Shown here piece after piece: positions 52,694 to 64,000 of a stretch of 64,000 nucleotides of DNA. A program made the translations under genes and the position numbers. Location: assembly GCA_973895155.1 (NCBI GenBank), contig OZ316891.1, forward strand, positions 27,503,561 to 27,567,560, written 5' to 3'. Within the stretch, counting starts at the first letter, position 1, and each line of letters starts with the position of its first letter. Source of the DNA: Marsupella aquatica (lineage: Eukaryota > Plantae > Marchantiophyta). Below the pieces are notes generated by a model. It saw only the letters and a list, made by a program, of their open reading frames with translations. It was not told the origin of the DNA and ran no database searches.

Positions 52694-53859
52694 TTAAATA
52701 CTTGATACGTTGCAATGTACAACAGTCTCGATCATGGGATTCGATCGAGAGCATGGGATGGAGCCGATGAACAGTGTCCGAATTATGTGGACTCCGGCAG
52801 ACAGCCTCCGATGGACAGCAACGTCAGTAGCGGGTGGTCCTTCGAATAACTTTGGTGTGCTCCATGTGGTTTGTTGAAATCAAGACAAATTGACCGTCTC
52901 GGGGTCTCTGTGATGTCGTTAGCTGACTGGAAAATTTGCTTAAGCGATGGGCGGCCATGTAACCGGTGAGGACAGGAGCAGCTTACCGTTCTAACGCGGC
53001 ATTGACTGATTGTGTGATTAGGCTGACCGAATGGGCAGGCCGGACCTCATTTCGCCCAGCTCATGAATCCATTGTGGTAATGCGTCCCTCGTCAATGTCT
53101 GTGTCTCAGCTGAAGGATCTGGATTCCAACATGAAGGATGTCAAGGGCCATTGGCCTGGCTGTAATTAAGGCATACTTATCTTGCGGAAAGGGATATATA
53201 TATCCGGGATGGGTGAAACCAGTTTGGAGAAACCTGCTCTCACGGTGGCCGGATTCAAGTCATGCCTAGTTAGCTCCGCTTTGCAGTCAATATATGCTAG
53301 TCATTCGCGACCTGGATTCCTGGCAGCCTCGGCCCAAACTAGTCGTAGTCGATAGAGAGTTTGTTTTTTAGAAACTCAGATCACAGTAGTCTCTCCGTTT
53401 ACATTTTCGGCGATTAGGGGCTGTAGAATACATATACCCGAGTCGATCAGGATGTGGTTGTATCCACACCTCTGGCAATAAATACATCATGACGTTCTGT
53501 ACTACCAACTATCACTACGTACACATGCACTTGCTCTCAATCGGCAAACTCACTGATCAATGTCACTCCGTACTTTTCAACTCAAAAAACTGCTATATCT
53601 TTCAATACGGAACTTCATCGAAAATTTATCGATCTTAGAGGCACTCGACATACCCGCCATACATTGTACAAAGTGGGAGGGCTGAATCATCCTCCCGGAA
53701 GCAAACTTGCTGCTTTGGTTCAATGCTAGTGCATCAAAGAGTATACCCTCAATGTCACCTGGTTGAGCAACGAACTATACCTCAACGCGATTTATGACAT
53801 TAATTTTAGATTGGAGCTGTCAATCATAGCACACCGTTCAATTCGACTCTGTCACCACT

Positions 53860-55500
53860 ACTAAGTCCAAGCTTTCAGCAAGGTGGGTCTTTGGGTAAAA
53901 AATGATCGATCATGCAGGTAATGTCAAATTCAAATTGAGAGTGGTTGGCCGGCCAGGGGAATGAACAACAAAGGGATTGCATTACGAAGACAGTGGTCGA
54001 CGCTCGTTCGGGTGGTGAAGTGGCCAATGAACAGTCAGGTTGATAGCAGCTCTCGGTTGGTCTTTAATTTCAAGAGGAATTGTAATAAGACGAGAGTGAC
54101 GCTCGTTCGGGTGGTGAAGTGGCCAATGTACAGTCAGGTTGATAGCAGCTCTCGGTTGGTCTTTCAACACATGGATGTGGTTACAGCTTTCGTCAAAGAT
54201 CTATGCGATGCATCCGCCGGGATTCCTTGCTCCAGGGAAAGAAGCTCTCGTGTGCAAGCGTAGAAAGTCAATAAATGGAGTGAAACGTACAAAGCCCCAT
54301 CTGGGAGCTTGGTATGACGACATCGACTCGTGTCTAAGTAAGGTCAATTGGATGTACAAGCGAAACTCACTAATTGACCCTAATTAAGATACAGTACCTT
54401 CGGCAGCATGAAGGAATGGTGGCAATTGACATGTTGCTGTTCGTCGACGATTTATTAATCACAGGGAATGAAGCTGATCTGATATCCGAGCAGAAGAAGG
54501 AGCTTAACCGAAGTATGAAATGAAGGACCTGGCTAGGCACAGCGAACAGATATCTATGAGTTTGCTTGCAAGTCAGAGAAGAACGGATTCTCTTGCATCC
54601 AAAAACGCCTACTCGGGTCATGCAACTCGTTCTTGATTATGGGATGGAAAATCGTAAATTAACCCGCAGCTACTCCATTGCCAGATGGACTTGAGTTGTC
54701 TGCAAGAACTGAAACCCAATGAATTAGATACAGATTCCACAAGTTACAGCAAACTGGTGGGCATGCTTATCTATCTCACCAACACGTCGTGTGGGCCCGG
54801 ACGGGCGTCGTGTACGTAGACACTTCGGTTGGATTAATGAGCAGAGATATTGACGAGCCAGCCAGGCAGGCACAGAAGGCTCGATCATCTTGATCCAGTA
54901 ATGCACACCGTTTGCTATATATATTAGTGGAATTATAGACCTGGGTGTGTTCTACAATAGAGGCAGCACGCTCAACCGAGAAGGTTGACAGACTGAGACT
55001 GGAGTAATGCTTGGCCCCGTGCTTGCCCGGATTCAAAGAGGTAATCTGGTGGGTACATCTATAAGCTGGCTGAAAGCCCGGTGACCTGGAGCAGCAAGAG
55101 GCAACCGACTGTATCGTTGTCCACTACAGAGGCGGAGTATAAAGCGTTGTCAGGTGCTCACGAAGGCGAATATCTGACGAGATCGACTTCTTATTGAGCT
55201 ACAACGTACTGCTCAATTCTTGTCGGACCAAGATCAAGTTCGAGAACTGTATCAAAATCACCACGGACTAGAAGAACTCAATCCGTGATACCAATCCAGC
55301 CAGACCTACATGCATCTTCGGTGCGATAAGATGGGTGCATGCAGTTAAAGCCCGGTATTTCATTCAAGGACAACTCATTTGGAGATCGACCACCACTTTG
55401 TAAAAGAACGAGTTCGAGAAGGAGAGCTTTCAGTACTTGACATCAAATCAGAGGACCAAGCAGTTACATTTTAACAAAAGCACTCTCAAGTTCAAAATTG
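53860..55500 (+). mobile_element. Highly decayed Ty1/Copia RT-RNase H remnant
   Basis: Fragmentary motifs [49 protein letters not shown] and HHFVKERV across frameshifts; internal ~70-bp duplication near 53999 and 54098. Confidence 0.8.
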
Positions 55501-56079
55501 ACAGAACCTAGAAGTGTAGGAACGAATTGACTCGAGTATTGTCACGGGGATCTAGTATATATACGGTAACTAACATCGTGAGAAATCAAAAATTGGGGGC
55601 AGCACCTACGTACTAATAATTAAGGCCTCTTGTGCCACCTAGCTTCTGTTCTCAGCACCTGGCCTAGCATGCTCGTGCACCCCGGTCGTTCACTAGACGT
55701 AACAGCCTCCCACAGGTTCTGAATAACTTAGACATGTTGCGATGAACGACGCTTACCAACGGTTACACCTCCTCCCAAAATAAGTGACACCTGAATCATT
55801 GTGTGACCTAGTGCAACAGCAAAGTAATGTCGCTGATTAAGTTCTGTGAGAAGTTATGAGCGCTAGCTTGATTACACCTTGAGTTCCTTGAACGTCTTCG
55901 TCACTACTTTGCCAACTATTTTCCAAAATGTTTTTTCGTCATCTTCCTAGTATGTTTGTACCTTACATGCACTGTTTTTGACCGTGGCAGAATTGATGTA
56001 CACTGGATGGCCCCACCTGAGGCTTCTTCACTGGCCACCCTAGCTTATGGAGTGTGCTTGCTCTTGTACACTAGTATAT

Positions 56080-56828
56080 CAAACTGCCAAAGACCAGGGG
56101 CCCAAAAAGCAGGGGGAGCTGAACCGGAGACAGGATCCCACAGGCCAAAACACAATCAAGGGAAAACAGGGAAAAAAAGGCCAAAAACCAAATAGACCAG
56201 CCAGGCACAAGCCCAGCCCAAGGACTAACCTAAAGTCTACCCAGCTGCAAATTGGAGGCCTGATAAAACTCAGTAGTGAACTCCATAGGAGGGTCAAGCA
56301 AGGGAATCCAACTAGATGTCCGGACTCCAACGGCCTCTCCTCTACAAATGATAGTGAAGGCGTGTGCCCGCTGAAGCACAATAGACACCTGCTGTCTATA
56401 AAAGGTTGTGATAACAGAGAGGGGAGATAAGGCCGTCGCTCAAAATAATGAACCACACAAGAGCGCAAGAAATGGTCAAAAGTTGGGTGTAATGCTCCAA
56501 AGGTCCACAGCAAACTGGTAGAAAAGGTCCCTCGGGTAACGCATAACATAAACCTCCTCTTAAGGCGAGGAGCCCTTGTAGCAGCATGACCCTGGATATG
56601 AGCAGCGGATGCCACATTGGCTCCACTTGTGAGGTCAGCAACAACCACATCCCCAAGGGCACGAACACCAGCGCGAGAGAAAACCGAATCGGCCCAACGC
56701 CTGTCTGGAACTCCATCCCGGGGTGATAACACATGTCGTTGCTCCATCATACCATGAAACCCGGAATCCTTAGCAATGGCGGCCACCACATCCCGTATGT
56801 CATTGTGTCTTGCCGTTCGCTCACTAGT
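56080..56828 (-). mobile_element. 5'-truncated non-LTR retrotransposon fragment with restriction-like endonuclease (RLE, CRE/R2-type) C-terminus
   Basis: Minus-strand ERTARHNDIRDVVAAIA..EQRH..RRWAD....LGDVVVAD..GHAA..RLK..TFGALHP..RQQVSIVLQRAHA matches the RH-E-(P)D-D-K RLE pattern; frameshifted. Confidence 0.7.
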
Positions 56829-57095
56829 TGAACTTCTTGTTTAGCTGCCTCCCTTTCTTCTGGCGTGGTGCCAGCTCCCCCGGCTTAAGTTTTAGCAAGT
56901 AAATCTCCGGTCCCCTTGGGTCTTGTCCTCCTTTCGTGGGCCACCATGTTGCACTCTGTCTCTTTGAATGGAATTCAATTACAGTAGATGTTTCAAGGAA
57001 AAAAGAAGTGAATGAAATTCAATTGTACCTTTCAAGGCAAAAAAGGAATTGATGTACAGTGGATGTTCTCCCAGGTTATCTCACTACCCATAATG

Positions 57096-57204
57096 GCGGC
57101 ACCAAGTGTGAATCCAAAGGTCACTTGGCACTGCCAAGTGCAAACGTGACTGGTATAATTATGGGTAGTGCCAAGTGACCTTTGGCATTCACACTTGGTG
57201 CCGC
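57096..57204. repeat. Near-perfect inverted repeat (37/38-bp arms)
   Basis: gcggcaccaagtgtgaatccaaaggtcacttggcact (57096-57132) pairs with agtgccaagtgacctttggcattcacacttggtgccgc (57167-57204) with one bulge. Confidence 0.85.
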
Positions 57205-58284
57205 TATGTGTGGTGGACATTTTGGCCAGAGGGATATCCAGTTTTGTTTAAAATAATCAAAATGCTATATAGGAGTAATATATATGGCACCAGGATTTGC
57301 GCGTTTACCCTTCGACTGGTGAACTGGGTACTAGCCGGTTGACGAGAAGAGTCGCACTATCTTATTAGGAAGATTTCTATCTTGACAAATATTTTTATTG
57401 ACACTTGTTCAAAGGACACTAGATGTATCCATCCCCTTCGTACCGCCGGATGAATAAATAGTCTATGTAACACTTCAATGTTTGATTCTCTATCAAAATC
57501 CAAGTTTCTCATTTAGTTGCTTCAATTATTGGCTTTCTATAATATTGTTTTGTGCTACGTTTCTATTATTGGTTTTTCAACAGTAGACATATTATCAAGA
57601 AACTGTGGCACAAAGATATCTACGTTCACTTGGTGCTGGAAATTATAAGAGAATACTTAGAGGTGTTAGAAATGATATTAATTTCTAACTAAGGATATTA
57701 GAGATGCTAGAAATGATATTAATTAAGGGGTTTAGGTAATTAGAGTTGATCTTGAAAGTCATAGGTATTGACAATAATATGAACACTGTGAGATTCTGTT
57801 TTGAATATTGTTTAAGTTTCAAAAGGAAAAAACCAAAAGGAAATAACATTTAAGGTTGATATAAGACAAATAGAGACACAAAAAAACAATTTTAAGAGTT
57901 CATGGGAACCATGTCACCAAATCAATTTTTCCAATGTACATATTCAGATGATCAGTTTATAGCATTCCTACTAGGATCTTAAAGCATGAAGGATTTAAGG
58001 AGGCATTGAACGTCTTAGAATTGCTTGCATAACATGGGCACCACAACTGTCTTAAAGCACTTAGTTTGTGCAATGCACAAGCAACGAACCTTAGTTTGTG
58101 CTTCAATTGCCTTCCTTAGTTGTCCACTCATGCCACCACTTGGCCCCCTTGGCACTCACTTAGTGTAAAACCCATAAATCCATGTGAGTAGTATAATAGA
58201 TTTTTTTTAAAATCAAAAAGTAAAAAACCGGGTTAAGAAAACAAACAAATGTACTCTTGTACACTCTGTTCTACCCTTGTTGAA

Positions 58285-59514
58285 TAACCTAGGGAGTAGG
58301 CTAGGGTGTAGGTTTTACATGTTCAGGGCTGCCCAAAGCAAACTTCACAATCATCGATTATATTATTTATATACGCCTTTACATCTACAAACAGTGCAGC
58401 CATGCAAAATCTACGCCGCGTACTCTTCGAAAATGCAGGCACAGGGAACAACCACGCATCCATCATTGTCTGGCCGCAGACAATCACTTGATGCTCGAAG
58501 AAACCCTACCCTCAGATATTTCACGACAACTTTAGGACTTTAAATAATTCAGACATGGAAGCTAAGCCAAAGCGCTGAAGGAATGGATGTTGATACAAAT
58601 AAAAGAGACATCCCACAGAGGATCACCGAGTGGCACACGTCCGGAAGATCCGGACCTGGGTTTTTCCTTCGCCTCCCTAGATTTCCGGGAAAAAAGCTCG
58701 CAGCGTTTTGAGCACTGCATACAAAAATACCATCCGGATCTGAACTCTACGTCTCTAGAGTGCTGCGAGAGCAGAAAGTTTGCAGAATTTGCTATAGTGT
58801 CAAGTCCATGCCACTCAACAACTCAAAAGGAAAGTGAGATGGCTAGCGGCACCAAACTAATGCACAGTCCAGACTGTAAACACGTCAGTTTCCTGCCTCC
58901 CAAAAGGCATTTTGCAAGGAGTTTTTGCGTCGTGGGGCTCTAAGCTCCTGACCAGCCGTGCCCCCGCACCATACGCTCCCACCCAACTTTGGGCTCACTC
59001 AGCCTCACGTGTCCATCTCACTTCGATATAAATTCCAGAGCCTTTGGCTTCATTTCCCATCAACTGTCTCCAGGATTAGCAGTGCCTAGTCTGCTTAATT
59101 CCCAGCAGCAGGCTTCAAAATTTTCACCCTGTCGACTCGCACCCCGTCAATAGGCTCGAATTGATCCGATCACTCGCGCGTCAGCTTCTGAACGTCGTCA
59201 CATTTATCAACTCTCGATCTTCATTATTCTTGCTGCTGCCTTAGTCTCATGTGAAGTGTGTTTCTGGCAGCTGATGACGGTTCCACAAACGCAGTGAGCT
59301 GCTACGCTAACTTGGCTTTAGTCGAGGTATCGGTAAAGGGAATCGTTAACCGAGACATCGATTTCAGGGTACTTGCTAGCTGTGTACAGAGGAAAGGAGG
59401 CGCTGTGATTCGTACAATTCTTTGATTTGGCAAAACTTCTTTCCAAAGTTACTCCTTCCATTCAAATCGAAGGTTGACATCTGAATTCCCGATCCCTCCT
59501 AGCTAGTGGCAAAA
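58285..59514 (+). repeat. Duplicated 5' flank/promoter shared by PKS copies 2 and 3 (matches 50164-51316)
   Basis: Near-identical ~1.2 kb starting taaccta.ggagtaggct.gggtgtagg; only the proximal ~0.6 kb is shared with copy 1 (from ~34571). It includes a CACGTG and a TATA-like gatataaat. Confidence 0.9.
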
Positions 59515-60891
59515 ATGGCACCAGCGGCTTCAACTGTAGATGCTGGCAGCATGGGGGAAAGTGCTAACTTCAACCTCACCAGAGATGCTCCATCAGAAGG
59601 ATGTGCGTCGGTGCTCGGCATTGGTACTGCTGTACCCCCAACCGTGCACACGCAAGACACGTATCCGGAATTCTTCTTCGACATCACCAACAGCAACGAC
59701 AAACCGGAGCTCAAGAAGAAATTCACGCGCATTTGTAAGGGTCTCGATCATCCAGTAATACAGATTGCTATGTTTAACGTACACGGTAGTTGGTTGCATT
59801 CTTAGCTGGGATCATCTTCAGAACTGTCATTCAGATGTCCTTTTCTACAAATAAGCTGAATCTAATTTCTTGGTTTCGAGTTGTGTTGCGCAGGTGAACG
59901 ATCCGGAATCAAGAAGAGGCATTTCTACATGACTGAAGAACGTCTGCGGGCGAACCCCACAATCCCCACATATTTGGAGCCATCTCTGAATATTCGACAA
60001 GAGATCGCTATCGCCCAGGTGCCCAAGCTGGCGCAAGAGGCTGCAGTGAAGGCCATCAAGGAGTGGGGTGGAAAGAAGTCTGAGATCACTCATGTCGTTT
60101 TCGCCACCACCAGCGGGGTGAATATGCCGGGAGCAGACCACGCCGTGGCCAGGCTCCTTGGACTCCGCCCAACTGTGAGACGAGTGATGTTGTACCAAAT
60201 TGGCTGCTACGGGGGAGCAGCAGTCATGCGCATCGGTAAGGATTTGGCCGAGAACAACAAGGGAGCTCGTGTGTTGGTGATCGCAAGTGAGGTAACTTGC
60301 GTCACTTTCAGGGCTCCAAGCGAAACTCACGTTGACGGCCTGGTTGGATCGGCGTTGTTCGGCGACGGCGCTGCAGCTATCATCCTTGGTTCCGATCCCA
60401 GGCCTGGGATCGAGAGACCAATCTTCGAGATTAAGTGGGCAGGAGAAACCATCATCCCAGAGAGCGACGGTGCCATCGATGGGCATCTTACCGAAGCCGG
60501 GCTCATGTTCCACCTGTTGAAGGACGTTCCGGGACTGATCTCCAAGAACATCGAGAAGTTTCTGGTCGAAGCGAGGAAAGCGGTTGGGTCACCAGAGTGG
60601 AACGAGATGTTCTGGGCTGTGCACCCGGGCGGTCCCGCCATCCTCGACCAAGTGGAGGCCAAGCTTGGCTTGGACAAGACGAAGATGGGAGGGAGCCGCG
60701 ATACTCTTTCCGATTACGGAAACATGTCGAGTGCAACTGTGCTCTTCGTGCTCGACAGAATCAGACAGCGTTCAATCGAGAAGGGCAGCAAGAACAGCGG
60801 GGAGGGCTCGGAGCATGGATTCGTAATTGGATTTGGTCCGGGGCTGACATTGGAGGTCTTGACTCTGAAGAGTCTTCCATTGGCTGTGTAG
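59515..60891 (+). CDS. CHS: Type III polyketide synthase (CHS/STCS family), copy 3
   Basis: Exons 59515-59734 and 59894-60891 (405 aa); exon-2 protein reads identical to copy 2; triad intact. Confidence 0.95.
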
Positions 60892-61343
60892 TTAAATACT
60901 TGATACGTTGCAATGTACAACAGTCTCGATCAAGGAATTGGATCGTGATGGATCCGATAAACACTGTCCGAGTTGCGCGGATTCCTAGTGCCACATGCGG
61001 GGCCAAATGTTGGAGCCGGAAAAATTCGGACTGTCTCCAAAGAAGGACAACTTCACGACAATAGAAGACTGTGCTTTGAAAAATTAAGTCTACTCATCAG
61101 AAGTCCCCCTGGGTTCACCTTAGAGGTCATAAATCTAACAGGTTTAGCTCTGGCCGCATTGGCCATGAAAAATAAGACATGTATATTGGGTCAAGTTTGG
61201 TTAACGTTTAATTCGGATCAAGCTGAATTTGTCAGCCCAAGGAGAGAACACGCCAAGAATTATCCTCAACAAAATGAATGTAATAAGTTGAGGTGAACGA
61301 AATTGATACGTTGCAATGTGCACTCCTCATTCCTGCCGCATGG

Positions 61344-61556
61344 CTAGTATAGATAGAACTTGAAGTTCTCACTTTGTGGCAATGTGCACAGGTTAGACTT
61401 AGTTAGTTACCCACTGACAGTAAGGGACATCAAGAGTTTCGTATCGATCTGGGCTAGTATACATAGAACTTGAATTTCTCGCTTTGTGGCAATGTGCACA
61501 GGTAGTTCGTTACCCGCTGACAGTAAGAGACATCAAGAGTTTCGTATCGATCTGGG
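61344..61556. repeat. ~105-bp tandem duplication
   Basis: ctagtata.atagaacttgaa..gtggcaatgtgcacagg..ctgacagtaag.gacatcaagagtttcgtatcgatctggg occurs twice. Confidence 0.85.
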
Positions 61557-64000
61557 ATCTTCTCGTTTCCTGAGAATGCCCGTTCTGTGAGACTTTAATA
61601 CATTTCCCATTTCAGAAAACCGGTTCTCATTCGTTCAAGATCGTTTGGAACATGCACAACTTGTTGGAGCAATCAAAACATGCACCCTAAAAGTGTGTAT
61701 GCCTGAGAAATTCTCCCTTGTTCCTTTCATAATGGAAACATTATGAGGCAGATAGATGAGAAATGCCGTTTTCTACCATTCAAGCTCTTCCTTTTCACAT
61801 CAGACAGAACGCTGAGAAGGTGCTACAGATATCTTACAAGAATGTCACAATCTATCATCCTGAAAAGTACCTATTGAAAGTTGTTTTGTAAATTGAAAAG
61901 CCCGATTGAAACTAACAGTGAAACTGAATATCTGATTTCCATACAAGTGAAATTTTATGTGAGATGTCGCATGCATAAATTGAGTAGTAAGTTTGAAAAT
62001 CTGGTTTCCATATATATGGTCACTATCGTTCACAGGTGTCACCAGTTGCCAAATCCATCTGTGTCGATATAATCTTTTCAAATGGAATAACAGAATGATT
62101 AGTTTCCAGGTTGAATCTTTGTTGAAGTTGTTTCACTAAATTTTCTATTGTGTTAAGTTTATGTACATTTCACCAAACTTTTTAATTGAAGACACTTGGA
62201 AATGACTGAGGGGAATGAGAGTCTCAGCACAGGAGCCCCATGAACTGCTCCGGATATACAAAGGACCGGGTGCAGCAAAATTATCAATGATGAATATGCG
62301 ACAACGAAAGAGCTAGTATCTTCCATCTGGCAAGCTGAAGACACGCTTCGAGTCTGAGAAAGTGAAGCTCTGCAGTCTCTTTTGATGTGGTCAGCTTTGG
62401 TCATTGTCGACATGTGAGGCAGTGCTAAATGATGATCGTCACAACTGAACGAACACCATTCCGTAATTATGAAGAGAAAAGTAAAGTAGGATGTAGCTAC
62501 TTAGGAAGATAAGAGGGAGGCATGCGAATTGGAAAAAATTCAATATCGCATACTAGTAGAAACATCTCCGCATGGTCAAACAAGTTTCTCAATACTATTT
62601 TATACTAGGTTCCGGAGAATCAAAGAAAACATACACCACTGAAAAAAAAAGTCAAAATCACGGAAAATTTGTCAAAATCGGTCAAAACGAAAGAACGACT
62701 CTCAAATTATCAATAAAAGCTGGAATCTCAATTCATTGTGTTGTGACGGAGAAGGTAGACGTTAGTAGGGACTGAATGGCTAAAAGGGCACTAGACACTT
62801 GTAAAGCTCAGTCTCAACATTACGAGTGAGTCTCGAACTAACAAAATATACATTTCCCAGTTTCCCCCCTTGAGCGGCTTTTGGAGATACTGGTTGGTGT
62901 GCGCATGCGTAATTCGAACTTTTCGTCGCTTTGGAGATCATGCTATATAATGCGTGGCTTTTGACGTCCAGTGAGGCGTGAGCTACTGAGATCCAGGACG
63001 CAGAGTGACCCTTGACCGGCATGTTCACACTTCACAGCCAATCCACGCCCCACATGCTGACAAACATATTGCTGGCATTTGCTGCCCAAGCTATCATCTA
63101 TCACTTACAGATACAATAGGCCATGTCTAAGTATCCACGAAGTTAGTGCATTTGGTGGTATATAAAAGGAGAAGTACATTTCTCACTTTTCCACATTTTT
63201 TTTCTCCTCTAAGGTGAGACTTTGCTTCACAATTTCAGGAAAATGATACTAAAAAATGATACCATCACAATTTCAGGAAAATGATACCTGGTGGATCCAG
63301 GTTTTGTCATGCACAGTGGTGGCTTTAATTGCAGGCTACTCGTACTTCCCAAGAAAACCAGATATTCTTACAAATAGATGCAGCAAAAAACTGCACCCTT
63401 CCTAACTGTACAAAAACCCAAAACCCTCGGAGGAATAGACAACTACTGAACATGGGAGGTATTGTATAATGTAAGTAAACAAGAATTTTGTAAGCTAGGA
63501 GAGTGTTGTTAGCAACACCACACTGGTTTTCAATTTTTTTGCTTTTTCTCCCTTTTATATTTTTTGGGTTTCTCTATGACTCCAAATGGGTACTAAGTTA
63601 GCTAGCAAAAAGAGGAGTACTAAAAGTGTATCTTAATAACCAGGTTGTTGTAGCAAGGGCAGCTGGATAGAAAAAAAATAGTGTAAAAATTAGGGGTCAT
63701 GGGAAGAAAAATTGACTCGCAAGCTAAAATAACCCTAAACATAGACCAGTTGCCCACCACTTGTAGGAGGGATTAAAATGCCTTTATTGATAGCTAGAGA
63801 CACGTTTCCGTTTGCATTATCTTTGCACTAATAAGTCTAATATACTACTATACCCATCCCATACACTAGAAGATAGAGATTGGGCTAATATTATCATCAA
63901 ACACTTCTACTAAAACTATTTAGAAAATATTTTTTAATGTATTCAATGTATTTAAAATTTTATCAAAATTATACTAATGGGTGTTTATTTAGTTTTTTTC

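Noticed and set aside
35163-60891. A multi-enzyme biosynthetic gene cluster around the PKS genes
   Set aside because: Only tandem PKS paralogs are present. No reductase, P450 or transferase is visible, and the methyltransferase is a DNA C5-MTase in a retroelement, not a small-molecule MTase.
62100-64000. Short ORFs near the window end
   Set aside because: No recognisable protein motifs or consistent exon chain.

Overview
Eukaryotic nuclear DNA from a land plant, probably a bryophyte-grade lineage (inferred from the moss/liverwort-type chalcone-synthase-like proteins). It is gene-poor and transposon-rich. Intact host genes: a two-exon tandem-CCCH (C3H14/15, TTP-like) RNA-binding protein (14791-16902, +), an intronless Arp2/3 subunit ARPC2 (22790-23734, -), and three tandem type III polyketide synthase (CHS/STCS-like) genes (35163, 51317, 59515, +), of which copy 1 has diverged around the active site. 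Mobile DNA: a full-length decayed Ty1/Copia element (6290-12731) nested in a non-autonomous Helitron (5692-13529); three hAT-type MITEs with 8-bp TSDs; a Copia RT remnant; an RLE-type non-LTR fragment; and kinase and FCP1-like phosphatase pseudogene fragments. The most striking object lies between PKS copies 1 and 2: a decayed retroelement whose polyprotein reads gag (two zinc knuckles) - aspartic protease - C5 DNA cytosine methyltransferase (DNMT3/DRM-like). It becomes visible only after removing two nested insertions, one of which is a 3.06-kb TG..CA element with a 5-bp TSD that carries its own coiled-coil ORF. All calls are by eye; no database searches were run.
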